NCBI GenBank assembly: GCA_036172245.1
Contig: JAYWIR010000019.1
Span: 1,116,001 to 1,180,000 of the forward strand
Length of the DNA stretch: 64,000 nt
Direction: 5' to 3'
Source: Raillietiella orientalis
Taxonomy: Eukaryota
A program made the translations under genes and the position numbers. The notes under the pieces are model-generated. The model was given only the letters and a program-made list of their open reading frames with translations. It did not search any database and was not told the origin of the DNA. Positions 26,358-37,660 of this stretch are shown here, piece after piece (positions within the stretch are counted from its first letter, which is position 1; each line of letters begins with the position of its first letter).

Positions 26358-29300
26358 CACCTGGGCTCGCCTGTCGGCGTCGAATCCGCGTCGCCAGTTG
26401 GAACGTCAACGGGCTGCGCGACGACGGCAACAGACGAGATACGGCCGACACACTGCGTGAGTTGGACCTGGCCCTGCTGCAGGAGATCCACGTGATCACC
26501 TCGGCAGACGTCCAGGTGATCGAGACGATCGCGGGGGGTCGACTGTATTGGCGATGCGGCACCCGCAACACCTGTGGGGTCGCGTTTTTCGTGAAGCCGG
26601 CCATCGACGCTGCCGTGAAGGGCGTACGCTTCGATGACGACGGTCGGGTCGGTCAGCTGACTCTCAGCTGGTCCGACTCGATCGAATTGATCGTCACGAA
26701 CATGTACGCCCCAAGCGGAAAAGGGGGATACAGCGACCGTACCAGGTTGCTGGAAACCCTGAAGCGCGACTGGCTGGCCGATACGAACGTGCGGAAGGCA
26801 CACCTGATAGCTGGGGACTTTAATCTCCGTCTGCTGTCAGGTGAGCCCGAAGCACAAGAACGCACGGCCAACGAGTTGTGCGCTGCCATGCGCACGCGCA
26901 ACTTGTTGGCGGACGCGGAGGGAATGGACCGCAGCATCGACCACTTTTTCCTGGATGTCGACCTGTGCTCGCGGGTCGGCAAACGGGGAAAAGTTGCGTC
27001 GACGCTGTCGGACCATTCCAGGTTAATCGCCGACGTTTTCCCGCGCGATAAAGGACCCCCGTCCAGGGTGTGGCGGCTGCCTGGGGACTGGACGCGGTTC
27101 TCAGGTGCGAAGGAACACCTTCGCGAATTCCTAAGAGGCGTCACTTTCCGCAGTCTCAAAGATTGGGACCTCTTCAAGGCCTCGGTCCGCGAGTTCTGCG
27201 AGGAGTTCCCCCTGCACCGCCTGCCCCCCGGATTTGGGGAGGGGGTTCGGAACCATACGGCCTATTTACAGGCCCGCCGGTACGAGAGGACCCCCAATGT
27301 CCGTCGCCTGGCAGAGTACCGAGCCGGGGCCGAACGTCAAGCCTGGCAATCCGGATCGGCCAGCTTGCTGGACGACCAGGGCCGGGAGCACTCGGCTCCG
27401 GCTAGAATACGGCACCTCGTGCGGCGTTTTTATTCCTCCCTTTACGCCAGGGCGCCCCCGGACCAAGATGCCTCTCGGCGCTTGCTTCCGAACGGTGCCC
27501 CGGCAATAGGGGAGGAGGAGAAGGAAAGTCTCGACGAGCCTTTTACCACCGGCGAAATTCTCGCCGGTATCAAAAGGCTCAAGAGGCGGAAAGCACCAGG
27601 GGAGGACGGCCTGCCTGCGGAGTTTTTTCAATGCTTCGCGGCAGAGTTGGCACCCCTGGTGCTTGAGTTGACAAGGCTGATCCGAGATGAAGGCGATGTA
27701 CCCGCCTCGTTTCGGTCAGCCAGAGTGAGGCTCCTTCCGAAAGGAGGAGACCTCAGGAAACTCAGCAACTGGCGTCCAATCACAATTGTGAACACGGACG
27801 CCAAGTTGATCGCCGGACTGTGGGCTTCGCGTCTGGGGCAGGTGGCCAATTCCATAATTAGCCCGGAGCAGACTTACGCTGTTCCCGGGCGAAGTATGGA
27901 GGCCAACCTCTTCTTCGCGAGCACATGGTTTCATGTGCAGAGTAGTCAAGAAAAGGAAGAGGGAAGGATTGGCAGCCCCGCTTTGGGAGCGTCAGCCGGG
28001 CAGGGACAGGACTCCCAGGTGGGGAAGGGAAGCCCTAGCGATCTCAGTCGATCTGCACAAAGCGTTTGACTGCGTGGACCAGGATCTCCTGCTGGAGCTC
28101 CTGGGACGCATGGGCTTCCCTCCCTCCCTACTGACCTACCTGCGCTCTTGCTGGCGCAGCGCGCTGATCAATATCTCTTTCAGAGGTCAAATGGCGTACG
28201 GCGTGCTGGTACGGCGGGGCATACGGCAGGGCGACAGCCTCAGTCCCCTGCTCTTTAGCACCTACTTTGAGTTGGTGCTGAGAGCGTACAGGGTGACTTT
28301 GGCCCCCTTGCCGAACTCGTGCCCCGGCACGCCCGCCGTAGCAGCATACGCCGACGATCTTTTGCTTCTGTTGCCGATGTCCACCCCGGCGAAGGCGGTC
28401 GAGGATTTCTTCGATCTGCTTAGCCGCGGGACCGGACTTACGGTGAACAGGGCGAAGTCGACGGTGGTTCCAGTCGGTGCGGTGTGGGTTGGGCAGCAGG
28501 ACTGGGTCCGCTTGGGGATCCCCACGGCGAGGTGCTTGAAGTACCTTGGTGTGCCGTTGGGGGACTACTCCCCTGCGGAAGCGTGGTCTGGCTGCCTCCA
28601 AAAAGTGGAAACGGCGATCGGCCCGTTCTTGGAAGACAAGTTTCTCCTTCCGGAACGGGCCGCGGTATGGAACGCGTTCGCGGCTCCTATCCTCCGCCCC
28701 CTGCTTTTTGTTTGCCCCGTCCCCAGAAAGTTGAAAAAACGGACGAAGGACCTCCTGAGAATTGCCCTTTGGGGAAGAGGGAGGCCCCGAGTCCCGTTGA
28801 AGGACTTGTGTGCTCCACGTCGGGATGGCGGTCTCTGCCTCTTGACGATGGAGCGAGTAGAGATTCAGCTGCGGTGGCGAACCCTCGCCATTGCAGCGAA
28901 GTTATGGAGCACCCCTTGGTGCGTTCCGGCCCGACTCCTTGCCAGCCGTGTATCCGGAACGGAGGGTCTCGCGTCCTATCTTCTGTGCCGTGGCAGGAAG
29001 ATCAAGAGATGCGGACTTCTCCTGGGACGCATGGCAACTCTGGCTAAGGAAAACGGCTGGATGGTATGCAGCCCCGCCAACTCCTCCGCATGGCTGGAGG
29101 AGACAGCTGGCACGTGGGCGAAGATTAATGAAAAGAATGAAGAGATGTGGAACTGCCTGCGACGCGGCGCCTATTCCCGCTGCACTCTGCGGAAGATACT
29201 CCAGTGTCCCGCGAGAAGCACGTGGGCAGAGACAACCCCCCTAGCTACGGCGATGCCCTTCCTGAGGAGGGCGCTCTCCAGCAGCCGCAAGCCTAGGTGG

Positions 29301-29945
29301 CAAGTCTCCTGCCGCATCGCAGGCAAGGAGAAGTTGATCAACGGCTGGTCCACGGGTGAACTGGCGGACGCCAGTACCCCTACTGTCCAGCCGAGAGGAC
29401 TCCAGAGATGGGGTGAGCTACTCGGCATCCAGCCGGATGACCTGAAGTGGCCCCCGGTATTAATTGGTTCTAGGATCCTCCCCCTAAAGTGGCAGGAGTC
29501 GGCGCTTCTGTTGTTGCATTGGGGTCTACCCTGCAACGCACGCCGCCACCACTGGACCAGGGGTCGAGTAGATCCTACCTGCATCAGGTGTGGGGAACGG
29601 GAAACCCTCCCCCACCTCCTTGTTGATTGTGCTGCCATCCGACCCCTGTGGGAACGTCTTCGTGCCTCCCTACGGATCCAGGAGGGCAGCCAGCCCAGAG
29701 ACGTTTTTCGGCTTCAGTTCGTGCATGATGCTCTGCGTCCAGCCGCTACCCTGGCTGCACTTTGCTGCGTACGCGGGATTGTGACGTGCTGGAGCAACGT
29801 CAGAAGACCGAGCCACGACAGGGATGCCGTCGTACTTGCAGTCCGCTACCTGCGGATTGTGACCAGATGGCCCCACCCGGGAATTATACGGACGGACCTC
29901 GAGGGCATCCTGCGAAGGATGGACCCTCCTCCCAGTGATCAGTGA
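26357..29945 (+). pseudogene. LINE B ORF2 (AP endonuclease, RT, CCHC), AUG-less start, one +1 indel at ~28030
   Basis: APE motifs WNVNG, LQEIH, YAP, GDFN, SIDH and SDH. RT motifs KAPGEDGL, NWRPIT, EQTYAVPGRS, DLHKAFD, QGDSLSP and YADD. Confidence 0.9.
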
Positions 29946-30151
29946 TCCCTCCCCAACCCCCCCAAATCTTTTTTTTTTTATGTTTTATTTTTCTTTTTGT
30001 TTTTTCCCCCACCCCCTTCCGCTGCCGAAGAGAGTCGCGCCTGTCTGCGTACCGGCGACCCGGCAGGTCCAGTTGAGTTGGCCGTAGTGGGGCCTCGTAC
30101 CACGAATCAAAGAGAATTTTTAATAAACGCCCCGGCGTGACCAGGTGGCAA

Positions 30152-31995
30152 CCAGCAACTTGGCGTCCGGATTCACTATTGTGATGGGACGCCAGTTGTT
30201 CATGCTCCTCAGATCTCCTCCCTTAGGGAGGAGCCGCACCTTTGCCGAACGAAACGAGGCGGGAACGTCACCTGTTTTGCGTATCAGCAAGGTGAGTTGC
30301 TGTACCAGGGGGGTAAGCTCAGCCGCGAAAGTTCGATAAAACTCCGCGGGCAGGCCGTCCTCCCCTGGAGCCTTTCGCCTCTTGAGCTTTCCGATGGCCG
30401 AGAGGATCTCGTCCATCGTGAAAGGCTCGTCGAGGGTCTTTCTCTGCTCCTTCCCGATCGCTGGAGCGCCTTCCGGAAGCAGGAGTCGTGAGACGTTCCT
30501 CTCCGGAGGTGCCCTGGCATACAGGGAGGAGTAGTAACTCCGCAGCAGGCCGCGGATTTGGGCAGGTGCCGAGTGCTCCTGGCCCTGATCGTCCAGTAAG
30601 CTGGCCGATCCGGACTGCCAGGCTTGCCTCTCGGCTCCCGCTTTGTATTCCGCCAGCCTGCGGATGTCGGGGGTCCTGGCGTAACGACGGGCCTGCAGGT
30701 GGGCTCGTTCGTTACGGACCCCGGTCCCAAAACCCGTGGGTAGGCGGTGCAGAGGGAACTGGTCGCAGAACTCCTGGACCGACCGCTTGAAGCGGTTCCA
30801 ATCCTGGAGTGTCCGCAGCCTGAAGCTCCGTATGAACGTGCGGAGATGTTCCGCCGCGTCCGGGAGCTTCAGCCAGTCCCCTGGGAGACGCCACGCTGAC
30901 GAGGGGGGGCCCCTGTCACGCGGATGGATCTCGAGGACACGCGGGCGATGGTCGGACAGCTCGCACGGTAACTTGCCGCGCCTGCCCACGCGAGGGCACA
31001 GGTGCTCGTCAAGAAACACGTGGTCAATGCTGTCTTCCATCCCCGGTGCACTGGCCAACAGATTACAGGTGTGCACCGCCTTGCACACCTCGTTGACCAG
31101 GTCACGCTCGGGATTCTGCTCATCTGGTTTCAGGCGAACGTTGAAATCGCCTGCAACCAGATGGGCATTCCGCACGCCTGCTTCGGTCAGCCAGTCTCGC
31201 CGGAGGGCAAGGAAAAACTCTTTCCTCGCCCTCCTGTTCATCAGGTCCTTGCCGCTCGGTGCGAACACGTTCGTGACGATCAGATCGATCGAGTCGGACC
31301 ACCTGAGAGTCAGCTGGCCGACACGACCGTGATCGTCGAACCGCACGCCCCGAGCCGCGGCCTCGACGGCTGGCCGAAGCAGGTAGGCGACACCGCAACT
31401 TTTCGCTCTCCCACACCGGTACCATAGCCGCCCTCCGGAGATCCGTTCGATCTCTTGCGCTTGTTCTGCAGAGATCACGTGGATCTCCTGCAGCAGCGCA
31501 AGGTCGTAGGACTCCCGAAGGGCGGCCATGTCTCGTCTCCTGCCGGCGTCTGTCATGCCGTTCACGTTCCAAACGGCGATGCGCAGACGACGGCGGGAGG
31601 AGATTCCCGGCATTACTGCTGGGAAGATTAAGGTGTGGGGGAGCCCTCCTCTTGCGAGGCGGGCGGGATGTCCATGGGGGTTTCGGCCTTCTCAGGCACC
31701 TGAGGCACCTGTTCGGCCTCCACCCCCTCCATCCCCTCCGTGTCCGCGCGTGGGAGTCTCTCGGGCGACGGGTCCCGAGAGTTTCCCACGCTCATGGCAC
31801 CCTCGCTTGCGGAAGCCATCTCTTCCCCTTCGACGGGGGAGACGAGCTTCCTTGGCTTTGTGGACTTACGTCCAGCCTTCTTGCGCGGTGCCGTGGAAAC
31901 GGAGGCTGCGCTTCCGGCCTCCACCTCGGGGTCGGAAGTGGGGGACTCCTGAGGGGAGGCCGGACGCCTTACGGCCTTCTTGCCAGCCTTAAAGG
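30152..31995 (-). mobile_element. LINE X, downstream part: ORF1 C-terminus plus ORF2 APE and RT N-part (31613-30152)
   Basis: ORF1 tail KKAVRRPASPQES... continues the ORF1 broken at 37661; an uninterrupted homolog lies at 44440-44500. TAATG overlap at 31615-31611. ORF2 is cut after DAKLL. Confidence 0.85.
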
Positions 31996-32207
31996 TTTAC
32001 ACCCGGGTACGCCCGGGGCGTTTATTTTTAAAAAACTCTACATCCGCGGTACAAGGCCCCGCTCACGGCCATATGCACTGGACCTGCCGGGACGCCGGGA
32101 CGCAGCCCAGCGTAGCGTTCCTCAGCAGCGAAGGGGGATGGGGATAAAACAAAAAGAAAAATAAAAAAAATAAACAGACAAAAAGAAGTTGGAGGGCAGG
32201 GAAGGGA

Positions 32208-35200
32208 TCACTGAACGCTGTGAGGAGGGCCCATCCGTTGAAGGAAGCCCTCGAGGTCCGTCCGTATATTCCCCAGTTGGGGCCATCCGGCAGCTCTCCG
32301 CATGAAGCGTTGGGCGTATGGGATGACATCCCTCGCGTGTGGACCCACTCCTTCGTTATTGGCGTCGCTCCATGCCGCCACGATGCCACGGACACAGCAC
32401 AAGGCTGCGATGGCTGCGGCTGGCTGCAGTGCGTCCTTCACGAAGAGGGGCCGAAGAACGTCTCTGGGGGTGCTGCTCGTAGGGAGCCCTAGGGTCGCCC
32501 CGAACCGTTCCCAGAGGGGTCGGATGGCAGCACAGTCCACAATAAGGTGGGAGAGCGATTCCCGCTCTCCGCACCTGACACACTCAGGATCCACAGTTCC
32601 CCTTGTCCAGTGGAAGCGGCGTGCGTTGCAGGGTAATCCCCAGTGCAGCAGTAGCAACGCCGACTCTTGCCACTTAAGGGGCAGGATCCTGGATTCCTTT
32701 AGTACCGGGGGCCACTTCAGCACATCCGTAGGGATGGCGAGCAGCTCGCCCCATCTCATTAATCCACGCGGCTGGACGCTCGGGGTCGTGGCGTCCGCCA
32801 GTTCTCCTGTGGTCCAGCCGCTTAACATCTTCTCTCTGCCTGCGATATCGCAGGTGACTTGCCACCTCGGCTTCTGGCGATCCTGAAGCGCCCTCAGGAG
32901 GTAGGGCATCGCCGTAGCAAGGAGGGTCGTCAACGCCCACCTGCGACTCCGGGGAAATTCCAGTATTTCCCGCAGGATGCGGTTGGCGTATGGGCCGATT
33001 CGCAGGCAGTTCATGTGGTTTTCACTTCTCCGGTTCAGCTTAGCCCATGTGCCAGCAGACTCCTCCATCCAGGCGGAGGAGTTGGCGGGGCCACAAACCA
33101 TCCAACCGTTCGTCTTCCCCAAGGTTGCTATGCGTCCGAGCATAAGGCCGCATCTTCGGATCTTCCGGCCAGGGCACAGAAGAAACGACGCGAGTCCTTC
33201 GCATCGGGACACACGCCTGGCGAGGTGGCGGGCCGGAACGCACCAAGGGGTGCTCCACATCTTCGCTGCGATGGCGAGGGTTCGCCACCGCAGCTGGATT
33301 TCCCCGCGCTCCAGCGTCAGGAGGCCAAGGCCGCCGTCCCGACGCGGAGCGCACAAGTCCTGCAGAGGGACTCGGGGCCTCCCCTTGCCCCAAAGGGCGA
33401 TGCGGAGGAGGTCCTTCGTCCTCTTTTTAACTACTCTTGGGGCGGGGCAAACAAAAAGCAAGGGGCGGAGGATGGGGGCCGCGAAGGCGTTCCAAACCGC
33501 GGCCCGTCCCGGCAAGTGAAACTTGCCTTCCAGGAACGGGCCGATCGCCGTCTCAACTTTTTGAAGACAGCTGGACCACGCTTCCGCAGGGGAGTAGTCA
33601 CCCAACGGCACACCAAGGTACCTGAGGCACCTCGCCGTGGGGATCCCCAGACGGACCCAGTCCTGCTGCCCTGCCCACGCCGCACCTACTGGCACCACCG
33701 ACGACTTCGCCCTGTTGACCTGCAGTCCGGTCCCACGGCTGAGCAGATCGAAGAAGTCTCCGACCGCCTTCGCCGGGGTGGACATAGGTAACAGGAGCAG
33801 AAGGTCGTCGGCATAGGCTGCTACGGCGGCCGTGCCGGGACACGAGCTAGGCAAGGAGGCCAAAGTCACCCTGTAGGCTCTCAGCACCAACTCAAAGTAG
33901 GTGCTGAAGAGCAGGGGACTCAGGCTATCTCCCTGCCTGATGCCCCGCCGCACCGGCACGCCATGCACCTTCTGACTGCTGAAAGAGACGGAAATTATGG
34001 CATGGCGCCAGCAGGAGCGCAGGTAGTTGATCAAGGAGGGTGGGAAGCCCATGCGACCCAGGAGCTCCAATAAAAGCCCCCGGTCAACACAGTCGAACGC
34101 CTTATGGAGATCGACTGCGAGCGCTAAGCCCCCTTCCCCGCCCGGGAGTCCATTCCCTGCCCTTCTGGCGGCCCCAAAGTGGGGTTGCCGATTTTTCCTT
34201 TCCCTTCCTTTTGACACCTCTGCGCGTGCATCCACGTGCTCGCGAAGAAGAGGTTGGCATCCATACTTCGCCCGGGAACAGCATATGTCTGCTCCGGGAT
34301 AATAATGGATTCTGCCACCTGCCCCAGACGCGAAGCCCATAGCCCGGCAACCAACTTGGCGTCCGTATTCACAATCGTGATCGGACGCCAGTTGTTCAAA
34401 TTCCTAAGGTCTCCCCCTTTCGGAAGGAGCCTCACTCTGGCTGACCGAAACGAGGCGGGAACATCGCCTACGTCTCGGATCAGCCTTGTCAGCTGAAGCA
34501 GCAGGGGTGCCAGCTCTTCCGCGAAGCTCTGATAGAACTCCGCGGGCAAGCCGTCTTCCCCTGGAGCTTTCCACCTCTTGAGCCTTTTGATACCGGCGAG
34601 AATTTCGCCGGTGGTAAAAGGCTCATCGAGGCTTAACGACTCCTCCTCCCCTATTGCCGGGGCACCATCCGGAAGCAAGAGCCGAGAGACAGCTTGATCC
34701 GGGGGCGCCCTGGCGTAAAGGGAGGAATAATAACTCCACACGAGATGCCGTACCGACGCCGGGGACGAACATTCCCGGCCCTGGTCGTCCAGCAAGCTGG
34801 CCGACCCGGATTGCCAGGCTTGGCGTTCGGCCCCGGCGCGGTACTCGGCCAGGCGACGGACATTAGGGGTTCGTTCGTACCTACGGGCCTGTAAATAGGC
34901 CCGATGGTTGCGAGGACCCTCGCCGAATCCGGAGGGCAGGCGGTCCAGGGGGAACTGCTCGCAGAATTCCCGGACCGATTCCTTAAAAAGGTCCCAGTCT
35001 TGGAGATTCCGGAGCGTGACGCCTCTCAGGTATTCGCGAAGGTGTTCCTTCGCACCTGAGAGTCGCGTCCAGTCCCCCGGCAGACGCCAGTCTCTGGATG
35101 GCGGTCCTTTGTCGCGAGGCCGCATCTCGAAAATTAACCGGGAATGGTCCGACAACGTTGACGCAACCCTCCCCCGTTTGCCGACCCGTGAACACAGGTC

Positions 35201-35803
35201 AGCGTCGAGGAAGACGTGGTCGATGCTGCGGACCATTCCCCTCTCACCCGCGAACAAGTTGCGCGCACGCATGGCGGCGCACAACTCGTTCATCGCGTTC
35301 ACCTGTGTTTCCGGCTCACCTGTTAGCAGGCGGAGATTGAAATCTCCCGCTATCAGGTGAGCCTTCCGCACGCTCGTGTTCGCCAGCCAGTCGCGCTTCA
35401 AGGATTCAAGCAGCCTGGTACGGTTGCTGTATCCCTTTTGACCGGTTGGGGCGTACACATTCGTGACGATCAGATCGATCGAGTCCGACCAGCCGAGAGT
35501 AAGCTGACCGACCCGACCGTCGTCATCGAAGCGCACGCCCTTCACGGCAGCGTCGATGGCCGGCTTCACGAAGAACGCGACCCCGCAGGTGTTGCGGATG
35601 CCGCATTGCCAGTACAGCCGACCCCCCGCGATCGTCTCGATATCCTGGACGTCTGCCGCGGTGATCACGTGGATCTCCTGCAACAGGGCCAGGTCGAACT
35701 CCCGCAGGGTGTCGGCTGTATCTCGCCTGTTACCGTCGTCGCGCAGCCCGTTGACATTCCAACAGGCCGCGCGAATCCGACGGCGACTGGCGAGCCCAGG
35801 TGT
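32208..35803 (-). pseudogene. LINE Y ORF2 (APE-RT-CCHC), AUG-less start, one -1 indel at ~34130
   Basis: ORF-track pieces 35683-34124 and 34340-32208 carry all APE and RT motifs. The frame begins at ACA overlapping the ORF1 TAA. Confidence 0.9.
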
Positions 35804-37554
35804 TACTCCTGGGAAGATGGCAGTGCGGCGTCCGCCACCTGCTGGGGCGGGACGCTAGGTGTAGGAGGGGGGTCAGGTGCTGAAGGCACCTGGTCCCCCT
35901 CCTCCATCGGTGCCGGCGCGTCGGCCGGATCACCCGCAGGTGGAGTCGCGCCTACCTGTTCGCCCTCCTCCATGGGGGCGGGCTGTTCAGGGTCGGCGCC
36001 TGCAGGGGGGACTTCACCCCCCTGTTCACCCTCCTCCATGGGGGTGGCCGCATCGACGGCTTCCGAGCGTGGGAATTCCTCCTCCGAATTTCCCACGCTG
36101 GCGACGGCTTCCGTCTTCTCCTCCCCGCTGGTGGAGGGGAGGCGCCTCCTGAGCTTCTGGGACTTGCGTCCCGACTTCCTGGGGGGTGCCTCCGAGGAGG
36201 AGGATGTGCTTCCGGCCCCCAGGTCTAACTCACCTGTGGGGGCCTTCTTCGCCGGAGCCGGCCTTCGCACGGCCTTGCGCGAGGGGTTCTCACGCTCGGC
36301 CAGCGTGACCGCGAGCTCCTCCGCCGCCTGCGCGAACGCGGCGTCCGCGGCTTCGACCGCCGCTATATCGCGCGGCTCACCCTCTGTGTAAACAGAGGGT
36401 TCGCCGTCGCGAGCCTCGGGCGCAGCGGAAACGGCAAGGGGAGGATCGACGCTCCGGGTGGCAATCTCGGGAACGACGATTCGTTCCAGTGCCACCGTGC
36501 ACTCGCGCAAAGTTTTCGAGCGCCGACCGGGTTTTTTCGGCTTACCGGCCGTCTTGCGCTCTTTGCTCTCCGCGGGTGGGAGTTTCCTCGGCTTTCTGGC
36601 CTCTACAAGCTGCCATCCCTCTTCGGCTTCCACCGTTTCAGAAGGTTTATCCTCCGGCTTACGCGCCGGAGGTTGAGGTGTTGGCTGCTTGTGCTGGCCC
36701 TTTTCTACTTTAGGTCTAGAGACCTTTGAAGCACGTTTCCCCTGCGCTTTGTTCGCGGCAGGGGGAACCGGGGTGGGGCGTTTGGGACACACGCGCCGAA
36801 CGTGGCCCCGCTCCCCGCACAAATGGCATTGTATATTGGGACACCTTTTACGTAGGTGTCCCACGGTATCACAATGCCCGCAATACCGGGGCTTCCCTAC
36901 ATACCACAGGTCGACGTTTTCGTGCGCCACCTGTAGTTTGTGGGGAAGCCCACAATTCTCCCGTACGGTGACCCGCGCTGCAGCCTGCCCACCAAAAAGG
37001 CTATCGAAGCCGTCGAAAATGGAGGGTTTCGGCCACAGTGCGTGCACCTCACCGTACTTCCGTAATTCCTCACCAACCGCTGACCGCGTCATGCGGCTGG
37101 TGATGCCAGTCATGTGGACCACCACGGAGCGGTCCATAGATACTGGCAGGATCTTGCGGCCGTCTACGTTCAGCGGCGCATGGATAAGGCGGTGAGCCAA
37201 GGTGACATCTTTGCAGACCACCTCGACCCGCTGCCCGCCGCTGAGGACGGAGAGGCCGTCCAGATCCTTCTCTGTGACATTCGCGTCCTTCAACGCTTTG
37301 CTGAAGGCGCGCGCTGTCCGGCCGTCGAACAAGTTGCCTACCTGGTAGACAAGCGATGGCTTGTACCCGGAGGCGTTGTATGCGGCCATCTCCGCCATGG
37401 CTTCTGCGCTGGGCGCGGCCACCATGGCGCTCCATGTCCTCGGCGTGGCCGGGGATGATTCCGGGGCGGCTGCCCCTGCTCCAGTAGGCTGTGGGGGCGA
37501 ACTAGCCTCCCCCACTCCCACCTCCATCGCGGTGTCCTCTGGCGTCGTGGCCAT
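35803..37554 (-). CDS. LINE Y ORF1, 583 aa, two CCHC zinc knuckles, low-complexity acidic C-terminus
   Basis: Open from MATTPED to TAA; CGHCDTVGHLRKRC and CHLCGERGHVRRVC. Confidence 0.9.
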   Translation of the reverse strand: MATTPEDTAMEVGVGEASSPPQPTGAGAAAPESSPATPRTWSAMVAAPSAEAMAEMAAYNASGYKPSLVYQVGNLFDGRTARAFSKALKDANVTEKDLDGLSVLSGGQRVEVVCKDVTLAHRLIHAPLNVDGRKILPVSMDRSVVVHMTGITSRMTRSAVGEELRKYGEVHALWPKPSIFDGFDSLFGGQAAARVTVRENCGLPHKLQVAHENVDLWYVGKPRYCGHCDTVGHLRKRCPNIQCHLCGERGHVRRVCPKRPTPVPPAANKAQGKRASKVSRPKVEKGQHKQPTPQPPARKPEDKPSETVEAEEGWQLVEARKPRKLPPAESKERKTAGKPKKPGRRSKTLRECTVALERIVVPEIATRSVDPPLAVSAAPEARDGEPSVYTEGEPRDIAAVEAADAAFAQAAEELAVTLAERENPSRKAVRRPAPAKKAPTGELDLGAGSTSSSSEAPPRKSGRKSQKLRRRLPSTSGEEKTEAVASVGNSEEEFPRSEAVDAATPMEEGEQGGEVPPAGADPEQPAPMEEGEQVGATPPAGDPADAPAPMEEGDQVPSAPDPPPTPSVPPQQVADAALPSSQE

Positions 37555-37660
37555 TGGACACCGACGATGTACACAAAACACCACACAGAAGAAAAAGCGC
37601 TGTCCTACTACTCTTTGGGGAGTGAAGGAAAAACACGTCCTCCAACTGGCCGCGGGGGGG

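Larger units (their letters stand above)
24813..30151 (+). mobile_element. L1/Tx1-clade LINE B, slightly 5'-truncated
   Basis: ORF1 with two CCHC knuckles, ORF2 APE-RT-zf, and a 3'UTR ending AATAAACGCCCCGGCGTGACCAGGTGGCAA. Same family as Y. Confidence 0.92.
31996..37660 (-). mobile_element. Full-length L1/Tx1-clade LINE Y nested in ORF1 of X (same orientation)
   Basis: 5'UTR with GGACGTGTTT, intact ORF1, ORF2 with a single indel, and 3' end AAATAAACGCCCCGGGCGTACCCGGGTGTAAA. X ORF1 is collinear across it. Confidence 0.92.

Noticed and set aside
28015..28040. Programmed ribosomal frameshift inside RT (same spot broken in B and Y)
   Set aside because: The shifts go in opposite directions (+1 in B, -1 in Y), and the copy at 59610-58960 reads through in one frame, so these are mutations or homopolymer errors.
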